64,000 nucleotides of DNA from Streptosporangiales bacterium (lineage in GTDB: Bacteria; Actinomycetota; Actinomycetes; Streptosporangiales; WHST01). Numbering within the stretch: the first letter of the stretch is position 1; every line of letters begins with the position of its first letter. The stretch is from contig WHST01000006.1 in the NCBI GenBank assembly GCA_009379955.1, positions 3,163-67,162 of the forward strand, written 5' to 3'. Shown piece by piece: positions 36,446-45,914 of this stretch. The notes under the pieces are model-generated. The model searched no databases, was not told where the DNA came from, and saw only the letters and a program-made list of their open reading frames with translations. Both the position numbers and the translations under genes were made by a program.

Positions 36446-37333
36446 ATGAGCAGGTTTGTCGTCGTCGGGGACCTGATGACCGACGTGGTGGCCATGGTCA
36501 TGGGCCCGGTCACGCTCGGCATGGACACCCCCGCGTGGATCGAGAGCTACGGCGGCGGCTCGGGCGCCAACGTGGCCGCCTGGCTCGGCGTCCAGGGCGA
36601 GACCGTCACCTACGTCGCGCGCCGCGGCCCGGACGTGGTCGGGCGCACCAGGGAGATGGAGCTGCTCGGGTACGGCATCGACGCCAGGGTCGTCATGGAC
36701 CAGAGCCGCCCCACGGGCACCTGCATCGTGATCGTCAGCGAGCGCGGTGAGCGCAGCCAGTTCCCCGACCCGGGGGCCAACGCGGCGCTCGCGCCCGAGG
36801 ACATCCCGAGGGACGTCTTCGACCGCGACACCCACCTGCACCTGTCCGGGTACCCGCTCGCCCACGAGGGCGGCCGCGACGGGGCTCTCACCGCCCTCCG
36901 GTACGCGGTCGACGTCGGCGCGACCATCTCGGTCGACACGCCGTCGACCCTCCTGCTCGAGCGCATCGGCGGCGACACCTTCCTCGGCCACGTCGCGGGC
37001 GCGAGCATGCTGCTCGCCAACCACGAGGAGGCGAGTCACCTCTCCGGCGAGCACGACTCGTACGGCGCGGCACGCACCCTGACCAAGCACTTCCCCCACG
37101 TCGTGGTCACCGACGGCGCCGACGGCGCGGTCTGGTGCTCGGCCGGCGAGAACCCCGTGCACGCCCCGGCCGAACGCGTCCGCGTGACCGACCCCACCGG
37201 TGCGGGCGACGCGTTCTGCGCCGGTCTGCTCCCCCGCTGGCTCGCGGGCGCCCACCCCGCCGAGGCCCTGGCCGCCGGAGCGACCGTCGCCGCGCGTGCC
37301 CTCACCCAGGCCGGCGCCCGCCCCGTCGACTGA
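36446..37333 (+). CDS. PfkB-family carbohydrate kinase
   Basis: Internal ATG (MSRFVVVGDLMTD...) of ORF 36317..37333. Motifs GGGSGANVA and DPTGAGDAFCAG are present. Confidence 0.85.
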   Translation: MSRFVVVGDLMTDVVAMVMGPVTLGMDTPAWIESYGGGSGANVAAWLGVQGETVTYVARRGPDVVGRTREMELLGYGIDARVVMDQSRPTGTCIVIVSERGERSQFPDPGANAALAPEDIPRDVFDRDTHLHLSGYPLAHEGGRDGALTALRYAVDVGATISVDTPSTLLLERIGGDTFLGHVAGASMLLANHEEASHLSGEHDSYGAARTLTKHFPHVVVTDGADGAVWCSAGENPVHAPAERVRVTDPTGAGDAFCAGLLPRWLAGAHPAEALAAGATVAARALTQAGARPVD

Positions 37334-37445
37334 GCCGCCCGCCACGCCGGCGTCGGGCGCAGCCGAACCCGTGAGGGCACCCCGGCCGGGTCAGGGCACG
37401 GTGAGGGTGCCCCTCACCTGCCGGCACTGCGTGACGGCATCCCCC

Positions 37446-40328
37446 TCAGCGCCAGGACGTGCGCATCGCGGTAGTCACCGCGAACGGGTCGGCACCGGAC
37501 TGCGAGCGCAGGATGCCCTCGCCCTCGGGGCTGCCGGTGTAGACGGGGTCGCCGCCGCTCACCCAGCGCTGCCACGCCTTCCCGTACGCCTTGGCCCGGC
37601 CCGCGTTCGCGCCGAGCTCGTCGGGGACGCCGTGCCACACCACGGCGGTCGGTCGCAGCGTGCCGCGCAGCAGGCGCACGCCCGCCACGAAGCGGGTGGC
37701 ATCGCCCGTCGGCGCGTCGAGCAGGTAGCGAGGGATGACGTACCTGGGTGTCGCGATCGGGCCGAGCGCCTCGTCGAGTGCCGTGGCGAACCGCGCGGAC
37801 TCCGTCGAGGTCACGCCGTCGAGTGAGAACTGATAGCTGCCGTCGGGCTCGACGTCCCAACGCACCGACTCCGCGCCGCGCGCCGCCAGCTCCGCGGCGC
37901 ACAACCCGTCGGCGACCGCGTAGGCGATGCGGAGGCTGTCGACGGGGCGCGCGGCGGCCGCGACGAGCCCGCCGGCGCGCCATGCTCGGACGATGAGGGC
38001 GATCAGCGAGCCGACCATCGCGAGGACGAGCGCCGCGGCCACCCAGATCAGGCGGAACCGCAGCATCGCCAACGACGCCACGAGCGACACCGCCGCCGCT
38101 ACGGGCGCGCGCCCCGCGCCACGCGGCGGCGAGCCCTTCGCCAGCTGGACCCCCTGCTCGGCCGGGAGCGCCGCGGGGAGGACCGCACTCGACTCCCCCG
38201 ACACCAGGCTGCTCGCGCGCCTGGTCGCGGCCGGCTGCCGAGCGGACCGCACGCGAAGCGTGTGGACGAAGCGGTCGTCGTACGGTTCGCCGACCCGCCA
38301 CAGGTCGGACACCCGCCGCCGGTCGCCGGCGCGGACCAGCATCGCGGCGTTGACCGCCTCGAACTCGATGACGGGCGGCGGTGCGTACGGCGACAGCGCG
38401 ACGTCGACGTGTGCGACCCCGCCGACCACCTCGCCGTGGTCGTCGACAGCGTAGTAACCGTGGTGCTTGCGCACGAACCGACCCCAGTCGGCCGTTCCCT
38501 TCGGGTGGTCTTCGGTCACGCAGACCACGGTCCAGGTGAGCGCGACCTTGTCGGGCCAGGAGGGATCGGTACGCAGCGCGCGGCCGCGGGTCTGCACCAC
38601 CGCGGTCGGCGTCGTCGCCGTCGTGAGGTCGATGACACCGCTCACGCCCCTGGCGTCCCAGCCCTCACCGAGCAGCGCTCTCGTGCCGACGAGCACTCGG
38701 CAGCCGCCGGCCTCGAAGAACGCCGTCACCAGACGCACCCACTGACGGCTCTGCCACCTGCCGGTGACCTCGACCACGCCCACCGCGTCGACCGGCACCG
38801 GATCGAGCTCGATCAACGGCGCGTGCTCGGCGACGTAGGCGTGCAACGCGCGCGCCGTCGCCGCCTCCGCGACGACGGACCTGCCGGTCACCAGCACCGG
38901 ATGGAGGCCGGCGGTCTCCTCGGAGCCGACGAGCCCATCGAGCACCAGGCGCGCGGACCCCGCATCGGTGGCGAGCACGCCGCGGAGCCCGGCCGGCAGC
39001 GTCGCGGTCGCCCGTTCGTGGTCGCACAGCACGAGCATGCGGAAGCGGTCGCCGAGGTTGGTCGACTCCGCGTGGACGATCTGCGCCACCGCGTCGGTCT
39101 TGGCGGCGCTGCGGGCGAGCACCCGGTCGACCGGTGAGCGTCCCGTCCTGATCCCCGCACGGGTCAACCGGTAGCCGATGCTGGGCAACGCCTCCCTGAT
39201 CCGCCCGCAGGCCTCGAGATCGCCCTCGGCGTCGGACTTCGTGAGGCAGCGGCGCACCCAGTCGTCGATGAGGCGTACCCAGTCCTCCGCGGTCGGGCGG
39301 GTGCGGTGCTCCTCGCGTATGCGGGCGCCTTCGGGCAACGCCAGGAGGCCCGCGTGGTACATGCGCAGCGCCGCGCGGGCGGCGTCCGGCGCCTCCTTCT
39401 CGATGCGGTACCACGGCAGCACCGTGCCCTCGCCGGTCGCCCGGCGGACGAACCGCTCGTCGAGCCACCGCAGGAACGGCACCGAACCGAACGACGGATC
39501 GGTGAGGTCGGTGACGAGCTCCACGAACCGCTCGTTCTCCCCCGCCAGCCAGTCGGTCTCCGACGGCGTCGGCGTGGTCAGCCAGACCAGCTCGCCGAAC
39601 GGGGCGAGGCTGCCCTCGCGTACCGCCGCGGGGACCGAGGCGGCGTAGACCGGTGCACCGAACAGCTCCCTGACGAGGCCGGCCTGGTCGGGCGTCAACG
39701 TGTCGGGCGGTGTCGCCGTCAGCCCCAGCACGCGGGCCTGCGGCAGCTCCGCGAGCAGCTCGGCCAGCAGCCGGCCCCAGACCTCGAGCAGGTGGTGGCA
39801 CTCGTCGAGCACGAGGGTCAGCTCGGGCTGTGCCCGAAGTGCCTCGACCAGCGCGCGCCCGTTCGGATGCAGGCGGTCGACGAGCGACTCGGGCTCGCCC
39901 GACGTGACGCCGGGTGCCAGCGCACCCTCCTCGTCGACCTCGTCGTCCGGCTCGAACGTCGCGAGCGACTGGTACGTGAGCACCGTGACGGGCCGGCTCA
40001 GGTCACGGTCGGTGCCCACCTCGGCGGTGGCCGGGGTGAACCGCCGCCACTCCTTCACCCACTGCGCCTGGATCGCGGTGTTGGGCCCGAAGACCACGGT
40101 CGGACACGCCATCCGGCGGGCGTACTCGAGCCCGACGAGCGTCTTGCCCGCACCGGGCGGCAGCACCACCCAGCCGCGCCGACGTCCAGCCGACGTCGCC
40201 GCCGCCAGGGCCTCCAGCGCCTCGCGCTGGTGCCGGCGCAGCGGGACGGCGGGCGCGGTCCTCGCGAACGCCGTGGCCACCGTGAGGTCCGCCGGCGGCG
40301 CCGGGTCAGCGGACAACGGCGCTCTCAC
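37446..40328 (-). CDS. SF2 DEAD/DEAH-box helicase family protein with internal TM hairpin and ~180-aa C-terminal domain
   Basis: 960 aa. Motif I: LPPGAGKTLVG. Motif II: LVLDECHHL. Motif III: LGLTATPP. Motif VI: VQTRGRALR. Hydrophobic segments APVAAAVSLVASLAML and LIWVAAALVLAMVGSLIALIV are encoded at about 37989-38108. Confidence 0.8.
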   Translation of the reverse strand: MRAPLSADPAPPADLTVATAFARTAPAVPLRRHQREALEALAAATSAGRRRGWVVLPPGAGKTLVGLEYARRMACPTVVFGPNTAIQAQWVKEWRRFTPATAEVGTDRDLSRPVTVLTYQSLATFEPDDEVDEEGALAPGVTSGEPESLVDRLHPNGRALVEALRAQPELTLVLDECHHLLEVWGRLLAELLAELPQARVLGLTATPPDTLTPDQAGLVRELFGAPVYAASVPAAVREGSLAPFGELVWLTTPTPSETDWLAGENERFVELVTDLTDPSFGSVPFLRWLDERFVRRATGEGTVLPWYRIEKEAPDAARAALRMYHAGLLALPEGARIREEHRTRPTAEDWVRLIDDWVRRCLTKSDAEGDLEACGRIREALPSIGYRLTRAGIRTGRSPVDRVLARSAAKTDAVAQIVHAESTNLGDRFRMLVLCDHERATATLPAGLRGVLATDAGSARLVLDGLVGSEETAGLHPVLVTGRSVVAEAATARALHAYVAEHAPLIELDPVPVDAVGVVEVTGRWQSRQWVRLVTAFFEAGGCRVLVGTRALLGEGWDARGVSGVIDLTTATTPTAVVQTRGRALRTDPSWPDKVALTWTVVCVTEDHPKGTADWGRFVRKHHGYYAVDDHGEVVGGVAHVDVALSPYAPPPVIEFEAVNAAMLVRAGDRRRVSDLWRVGEPYDDRFVHTLRVRSARQPAATRRASSLVSGESSAVLPAALPAEQGVQLAKGSPPRGAGRAPVAAAVSLVASLAMLRFRLIWVAAALVLAMVGSLIALIVRAWRAGGLVAAAARPVDSLRIAYAVADGLCAAELAARGAESVRWDVEPDGSYQFSLDGVTSTESARFATALDEALGPIATPRYVIPRYLLDAPTGDATRFVAGVRLLRGTLRPTAVVWHGVPDELGANAGRAKAYGKAWQRWVSGGDPVYTGSPEGEGILRSQSGADPFAVTTAMRTSWR

Positions 40329-40923
40329 GGCTGCGGCGCCGCATCAGCCACGCGGCGAGCACCCCACCGAGGAAGCCGAACAGGTGCCCCTGCCACGAGA
40401 CGTACGGCATGCCCGGCAGGACGCCGCTGAGCATGCCGCCGTACAGCAGGAGCACGACGACGCTCACGGCGATCGACCCGACGCTGCGGACGAACAGCCC
40501 GCGGACGAGGAGGAAGCCGAGCAGGCCGAAGATGACCCCGCTCGCACCGACCACCACGGTGCCCGGACTACCCAGGAACCACGCACCGAGGCCACTGGTG
40601 AGGGCGGTGATCACGACGACCCCGAGGAAGCGTGCCGCGTTGACGACGAGGTACGTGGCGAACGCGAGCACCGCGTACGACGTGCTGTTGGCGATGAGGT
40701 GCTCGAACCCGGCGTGCAGGAACGGGGCGAAGAGCAGGCCGTCGAGCCCGCCCAGGTCGCGGGGGTGGATGCCGTAGCCGTCCAGCCTGCCCCCGAGCAC
40801 GGTGTCGACGATCTCCAGCGCCCAGAGCAGGCCGAGCGAGACGCCGACGACCAGCAGGGCACCCGGGGCGCGGTCCGTCCAGTGCTGACTGAGACGGGTG
40901 CGACGAGCGGTGCCGTGGTCCAT
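40306..40923 (-). CDS. rhomboid family intramembrane serine protease
   Basis: Internal ATG (MDHGTARRT...) of ORF 40306..41403. It has 6 TM helices, the catalytic Ser context VVGASGVIFGLLG and the His context WQGHLFGFLGG. Its 3' end overlaps the helicase start by 23 nt. Confidence 0.85.
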   Translation of the reverse strand: MDHGTARRTRLSQHWTDRAPGALLVVGVSLGLLWALEIVDTVLGGRLDGYGIHPRDLGGLDGLLFAPFLHAGFEHLIANSTSYAVLAFATYLVVNAARFLGVVVITALTSGLGAWFLGSPGTVVVGASGVIFGLLGFLLVRGLFVRSVGSIAVSVVVLLLYGGMLSGVLPGMPYVSWQGHLFGFLGGVLAAWLMRRRSRESAVVR

Positions 40924-41052
40924 CGCCCCATTGTCCCCCTCAGGCGGCCGGGTGGGCTCCCCGGACCCCGCGCACAGCACTGTCTCAGCTCTCCGTGACC
41001 TCCTCGGCGGGTCACGTTCGGCGAACGCGCGCCCACCGGCGACAATCTGTGC

Positions 41053-43488
41053 ATGCCACGTCGTCGTTCGAGCACCCCACCCCCACCGGAGGACTTCGAG
41101 GAGCGGATCGTCGACATCGACGTCTCCTCGGAGATGCGCGAGAGCTACCTCGAGTACGCGTACTCGGTGATCTACTCCCGCGCGCTCCCCGACGCCCGCG
41201 ACGGTCTCAAGCCGGTGCAGCGGCGCATCCTCTACCAGATGCGCGAGATGGGCCTGCGTCCCGACCGCGGCCACGTCAAGTGCGGACGCGTCGTCGGCGA
41301 CGTCATGGGCAAGCTGCACCCGCACGGCGACTCCGCCATCTACGACACCCTCGTCCGCATGGCGCAGGCGTTCACGATGCGGCTGCCGCTGGTCGACGGG
41401 CACGGCAACTTCGGCTCACTCGACGACGGACCCGCGGCGTACAGGTACACGGAGTGCCGCCCGGCCGAGCCCGCGGCCGCCATGACCGACGACCTCGACG
41501 AGGACGTCGTCGACTTCCGGCCGAACTACGACGGCCAGCTCACCGAGCCCGAGGTACTGCCCGCGGCCATCCCCAACCTGCTCGTCAACGGCGCCGCCGG
41601 GATCGCGGTCGGCATGGCCACGAACATGCCGCCGCACAACCTCGGCGAGGTCGTCGCCGCGTGCCGGCACCTGATCGACCATCCCGACGCCACCCTCGAC
41701 GACCTGATGCGTTTCGTGCCGGGACCCGACCTGCCGTCCGGCGGCAAGATCGTCGGGCTCGACGGCATCCGCGAAGCGTACGAGTCCGGCCGCGGCACGT
41801 TCCGCATGCGCGCGACGGCACGGGTCGACAACGTCACGCCACGACGGAAGGGCATCGTCGTGACCGAGCTGCCGCTGTCGGTCGGACCGGAGAAGGTCAA
41901 GGAACGCATCGGCGACCTCGTCCGCTCCAAGCGACTGGCCGGCATCCACGACGTGCAGGACTACACCGACCGCACGCAGGGGATGCGCCTGGTCATCGAG
42001 ATCAAGGGCGGCTTCAACCCCGACGCGGTGCTCGAGCAGCTCTACCGGCACACCCAGCTCGAGGACTCGTACGGCATCAACAACGTCACGCTCGTCGACG
42101 GCCAGCCGCGCACCCTCGGGCTGCGCGACATGATCCAGGTGTTCGTCGAGCACCGCTTCGACGTCGTCCGCAGGCGCACCGCGTTCCGGCGCACCAAGCG
42201 CGAGGAACGGCTGCACCTCGTCGACGGCCTGCTCGTCGCACTGCTCGACATCGACGAGGTCATCCAGGTGATCCGCGGCAGCGACAACACCGCGGCCGCC
42301 AAGGAGCGCCTGATGCAGATCTTCGACCTCTCCGAGATCCAGGTGCAGTACATCCTCGACACGCCGCTGCGCCGGCTCACCAGGTTCGACCGACTGGAGC
42401 TGGAGAAGGAGGGCGAGGACCTCAGGCGCGAGATTGCCGAGCTGACCGCCATCCTCGAGTCCGAGGACGAGCTGCGACGCGTGGTCTCGACCGAGCTCGC
42501 CGACGTCGCCAAGCGGTACGCCACCCCCCGGCGCACGGTGCTCCTCGAGTCGGCGGGCCAGCCGGCCGCGACCACCCCGCTCGAGGTCACCGACGACCCG
42601 TGCCTGGTCCTGCTGTCGTCCACGGGCCTGCTCGCCCGCACCACCACCACCGACCCGCTGCCCCGCGAGGGTGGGCGCGCGAAGCACGACGTGCTCACCT
42701 CGTGCGTCACCGCGACCGCACGCGGCGAGGTGGGCGCGGTGACCAACGACGGCCGCCTGGTCAGGATCTCGGTCGTCGACCTGCCCGCGCTGCCTCCGTC
42801 GGCGAGCACCCCCAGCCTGTCCGGCGGGGCACCGCTGCGCGAGTTCGTGTCCCTCGAACGCCGCGAGCGCGTCGTCGGTCTCACGTCACTCGTCGGCGGA
42901 GGCGCGGGGCTCGCCGTCGGCACGGCGCAGGGCATCGTCAAGCGGGTCTCCCCCGACTACCCCGGCAACCGCGACGGATTCGACGTGATCTCGCTCAAGG
43001 ACGGCGACCACGTCGTCGGCGTCGTCGATCTCGCGAGTGACGACGCCGAGCTGTGCTTCGTCACCAGCGACGCGCAGGTCCTCCACTTCCCCGCGTCCGG
43101 TGTCCGTCCGCAGGGACGCGCGGCCGGCGGCATCGCGGGCGTCCGCCTTTCCCCGTCGGCGAAGGTCAGCTGGTTCGGCGCGATCGAGCCGGGCACCGAC
43201 GCCGTCGTGGTGACCATCGCCGGTCCGTCCGACGCCCTGCCGGGCACGGTTCCAGGCGCGGCGAAGGTGACGCCGTTCGACGAGTACCCCGCCAAGGGGC
43301 GCGGCACCGGAGGCGTCCGGTGCCACCGCTTCCTCAAGGGCGAGGACACGCTGCTCGTGGGGTGGGCGGGTGCTGCGCCGCCACGCGCGGCCGCCGCGTC
43401 GGGCGTCGCGGTCGACCTCCCCACCGAGCACGGCCGCCGCGACGGCTCCGGCACGGCGCTGAAGAACGCCGTCGCCGCCATCGGCTGA
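41053..43488 (+). CDS. parC: type IIA topoisomerase subunit A (topoisomerase IV ParC-like / GyrA paralogue)
   Basis: 811 aa reading [30 protein letters not shown]...[17 protein letters not shown], with the catalytic Tyr context AAYRYTECR. The symbol is inferred from the actinobacterial parE-sigma neighbourhood and is not proven. Confidence 0.88.
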   Translation: MPRRRSSTPPPPEDFEERIVDIDVSSEMRESYLEYAYSVIYSRALPDARDGLKPVQRRILYQMREMGLRPDRGHVKCGRVVGDVMGKLHPHGDSAIYDTLVRMAQAFTMRLPLVDGHGNFGSLDDGPAAYRYTECRPAEPAAAMTDDLDEDVVDFRPNYDGQLTEPEVLPAAIPNLLVNGAAGIAVGMATNMPPHNLGEVVAACRHLIDHPDATLDDLMRFVPGPDLPSGGKIVGLDGIREAYESGRGTFRMRATARVDNVTPRRKGIVVTELPLSVGPEKVKERIGDLVRSKRLAGIHDVQDYTDRTQGMRLVIEIKGGFNPDAVLEQLYRHTQLEDSYGINNVTLVDGQPRTLGLRDMIQVFVEHRFDVVRRRTAFRRTKREERLHLVDGLLVALLDIDEVIQVIRGSDNTAAAKERLMQIFDLSEIQVQYILDTPLRRLTRFDRLELEKEGEDLRREIAELTAILESEDELRRVVSTELADVAKRYATPRRTVLLESAGQPAATTPLEVTDDPCLVLLSSTGLLARTTTTDPLPREGGRAKHDVLTSCVTATARGEVGAVTNDGRLVRISVVDLPALPPSASTPSLSGGAPLREFVSLERRERVVGLTSLVGGGAGLAVGTAQGIVKRVSPDYPGNRDGFDVISLKDGDHVVGVVDLASDDAELCFVTSDAQVLHFPASGVRPQGRAAGGIAGVRLSPSAKVSWFGAIEPGTDAVVVTIAGPSDALPGTVPGAAKVTPFDEYPAKGRGTGGVRCHRFLKGEDTLLVGWAGAAPPRAAAASGVAVDLPTEHGRRDGSGTALKNAVAAIG

Positions 43489-43500
43489 CCGGCTCCGTAC

Positions 43501-43530
43501 CGCGTTCACCCATCCCGATGGGTGAACGCG
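43501..43530 (+). terminator. hairpin after parC-like gene
   Basis: CGCGTTCACCCAT-cccg-ATGGGTGAACGCG, a perfect 13-bp stem. Confidence 0.6.
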
Positions 43531-43584
43531 TGTGGCCCGTGAATCACGATGTGGCATCCGTCTCTGGGTCGGGCACGGAAGGCC

Positions 43585-43635
43585 TTGACACAGAGCCGTC
43601 GACGGGCGAGAGTCCACCGTGATGACAACGTTGTC
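43585..43635 (+). promoter_or_regulatory. candidate promoter (TTGACA-17-GAGAGT) and LacI-type operator palindrome
   Basis: TTGACA at 43585-43590 and GAGAGT at 43608-43613. A perfect 12-bp palindrome GACAACGTTGTC lies at 43624-43635, 35 nt before ATG 43670. Confidence 0.45.
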
Positions 43636-43669
43636 TACGCGTCGGTCAGTCGAGCGTGTACGGGCCACC

Positions 43670-44674
43670 ATGGCCGACGTGGCGCGCCTCGCCGGTGTGT
43701 CGCTCAAGACCGTGTCCCGGGTCGTCAACGACGAGGCCGGCGTGCACACGGCGACCACGACCCGCGTACGCGAGGCGATCGACGAGCTCAACTACCGGCG
43801 CAACCACGGGGCCAGCCTGCTGCGCCGCGGCGCGGGCACGACGAGCATCGGGCTCGTCGTCGAAGACCTCGCCGACCCCTTCTACTCGGCAGTGGCGGCC
43901 GGCGTCGAGCAGACGGCGCGGCTGCGCGGCCACCTGCTGTTCACCGGGTCGGGCGAGGCCGACGAGACGCGTGCCCGCGACATCGCGCTGACGTTCTGCG
44001 CGCGCCAGGTCGACGGCCTCATCGTCGTCCCGGCGAAGGACGACCACAGCTGGCTGCAGCCCGAGGTCGACCGCGGCATCCCCGTGGTCTTCGTCGACCG
44101 GCCCGTCACGGGCTGCACCGGTGACGAGGTCGTCGTCGACAACCGCGGCGGTATCAGGGCCGCCGTCTCGCACCTCGTCGGTCACGGCCATCGGCGGATC
44201 GCGTTCCTCGGTGACGACCCCGAGTTCTGGACCGCCCAGCAGCGGTGCGACGCGTACCGCAAGGCCATGGCGTCCCGCCGCCTGTCCGTACGCGACCTCG
44301 TCGCCATGGGACCCCACGAGCACTTCGCGCTCGCCGACCGCATGCGCACCTGGCTGGACCAGGACGATCCGGTCACCGCGCTCATCGCGGGGAACAACAG
44401 GATCAGCACGGTGCTGCTCCGCGTGCTCGCCACCCTCGGCCGCCGCGACCTCGCGCTGGTGAGCTTCGACGACTTCGAGCTCGCGGATATCCTCGACCCG
44501 CCCGTCACGGTCATCGCGCAGGATCCGCAGAAGATCGGCCAGGAGGCCGCCACCGCGCTCTTCGCCCGCATCGAGGGCGCGCACGGCGCGCCCCGCCAGC
44601 TGGTGCTGCCCACCCGCCTCGTCCCGCGCGGCTCGGGTGAGCTCCCACCATGGAACCGGCACGACCTCAGGTAA
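43670..44674 (+). CDS. LacI family transcriptional regulator
   Basis: Part of ORF 43619..44674; ATG 43670 gives the typical N-terminus MADVARLAGVSLKTVSRVVN. A periplasmic-binding-fold core follows. GTG 43619 or ATG 43622 are possible upstream starts. Confidence 0.85.
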   Translation: MADVARLAGVSLKTVSRVVNDEAGVHTATTTRVREAIDELNYRRNHGASLLRRGAGTTSIGLVVEDLADPFYSAVAAGVEQTARLRGHLLFTGSGEADETRARDIALTFCARQVDGLIVVPAKDDHSWLQPEVDRGIPVVFVDRPVTGCTGDEVVVDNRGGIRAAVSHLVGHGHRRIAFLGDDPEFWTAQQRCDAYRKAMASRRLSVRDLVAMGPHEHFALADRMRTWLDQDDPVTALIAGNNRISTVLLRVLATLGRRDLALVSFDDFELADILDPPVTVIAQDPQKIGQEAATALFARIEGAHGAPRQLVLPTRLVPRGSGELPPWNRHDLR

Positions 44675-44699
44675 CGGAAACATCGATCAGGAGGACGGT

Positions 44700-45830
44700 A
44701 TGGCCACATCGAAGGGCCGCCTACGCGCGTTCCTCGCACTCGTCGTGGGCGCGACACTCGCGCTGAGCGCGTGCGGCGGGGCGACACAGAGCGGTGAGGA
44801 GGCGAACAAGAGCCAGACCAAGGAGGCGAAGACCTCCGGCAAGATCGCGTTCCTCCTCCCCGAGAACAAGACGGCGCGCTACGAGGCCGCCGACCGTCCT
44901 GGCTTCGTCAACCGGATGAAGGAGATCTGCCCCGACTGCACGATCGACTACAAGAACGCCAACCAGCAGGCCGACCTCCAGCAGCAGCAGGCTGACGCCG
45001 CGCTGACCAACGGCGCCGACGTCCTCGTCATCGACCCCGTCGACAGCGAGGCCGCCGCGAAGATCGTCGACAAGGCCAAGGGCCAGAACGTCCCGGTGCT
45101 GTCGTACGAGCGCCTCATCCTCAACTCCGAGCCGGACTGGTACATCTCGTTCGACAACGTCAAGGTCGGCGAGGAGCAGGCCACGTCGTTGCTGGCCAAG
45201 CTCGATGACCTCGGCACGACGAAGAAGGGCGAGATCGTGATGATCAACGGCTCGCCCACCGACAACAACGCCAAGCTGTTCAAGCAGGGCGCGCACTCCG
45301 TCCTCGACGGCAAGGTGAAGATCGGCAAGGAGTACGACACGCCCGAGTGGAGCCCGGACAACGCCCAGAAGCAGATGGACCAGGCGATCACCGCGCTCGG
45401 CAAGGACAAGATCGTCGGCGTCTACGCCGCCAACGACGGCACCGCGGGTGGTGCGATCGCCGCCATGAAGAAGGCGGGCTTCGACCTGGGCCAGGTGCCG
45501 GTCACCGGCCAGGACGCCGAGGTCGCCGGGCTGCAGCGCGTCGTCGCGGGCGAGCAGTACATGACGATCTACAAGCCGATCATGGACGAGGCCGCGAAGG
45601 CCGCCGACATCGCGTACGACCTGCTCCAGCAGAAGACGCCGGAGAAGCAGGCCGACACCGAGAACGGCGGCAAGGCCAAGATCCCGTCGACGTTCCTGCC
45701 GGTGAAGGCCGTCACGGTCGACAACCTGCAGGACACCGTCCTCGCGGACAAGTGGATCAGCTACAAGGACCTGTGCGCAGGCCAGTACGCAGCGGACTGC
45801 AAGAAGGCCGGTATCAAGGACGCGGCCTGA
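44700..45830 (+). CDS. sugar ABC transporter substrate-binding lipoprotein (XylF/RbsB-like)
   Basis: ATG 44700 follows CAGGAGGA. The lipobox signal reads MATSKGRLRAFLALVVGATLALSAC|GG. Confidence 0.85.
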   Translation: MATSKGRLRAFLALVVGATLALSACGGATQSGEEANKSQTKEAKTSGKIAFLLPENKTARYEAADRPGFVNRMKEICPDCTIDYKNANQQADLQQQQADAALTNGADVLVIDPVDSEAAAKIVDKAKGQNVPVLSYERLILNSEPDWYISFDNVKVGEEQATSLLAKLDDLGTTKKGEIVMINGSPTDNNAKLFKQGAHSVLDGKVKIGKEYDTPEWSPDNAQKQMDQAITALGKDKIVGVYAANDGTAGGAIAAMKKAGFDLGQVPVTGQDAEVAGLQRVVAGEQYMTIYKPIMDEAAKAADIAYDLLQQKTPEKQADTENGGKAKIPSTFLPVKAVTVDNLQDTVLADKWISYKDLCAGQYAADCKKAGIKDAA

Positions 45831-45835
45831 CCGTC

Positions 45836-45874
45836 GCGGCCGGTGCGTCCGCCCTCGGTGGACGCACCGGCCGC
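45836..45874 (+). other. intercistronic hairpin between binding-protein and ATPase genes
   Basis: GCGGCCGGTGCGTCC-gccctcggt-GGACGCACCGGCCGC, a perfect 15-bp stem starting 6 nt after the stop codon. Confidence 0.5.
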
Positions 45875-45914
45875 GCGGGTCACCGTGTATCCGACGACGA
45901 GAGGGAGTAGGCAG

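Noticed and set aside
40995-43040. 681-aa alternate-frame ORF inside the parC-like gene, and the 658-aa ORF 58721..60697 antisense to the parE-like gene
   Set aside because: Both are Arg/His/Pro- or Gly/Val/Asp-rich and lack motifs. The overlapping frames encode full topoisomerase signatures.
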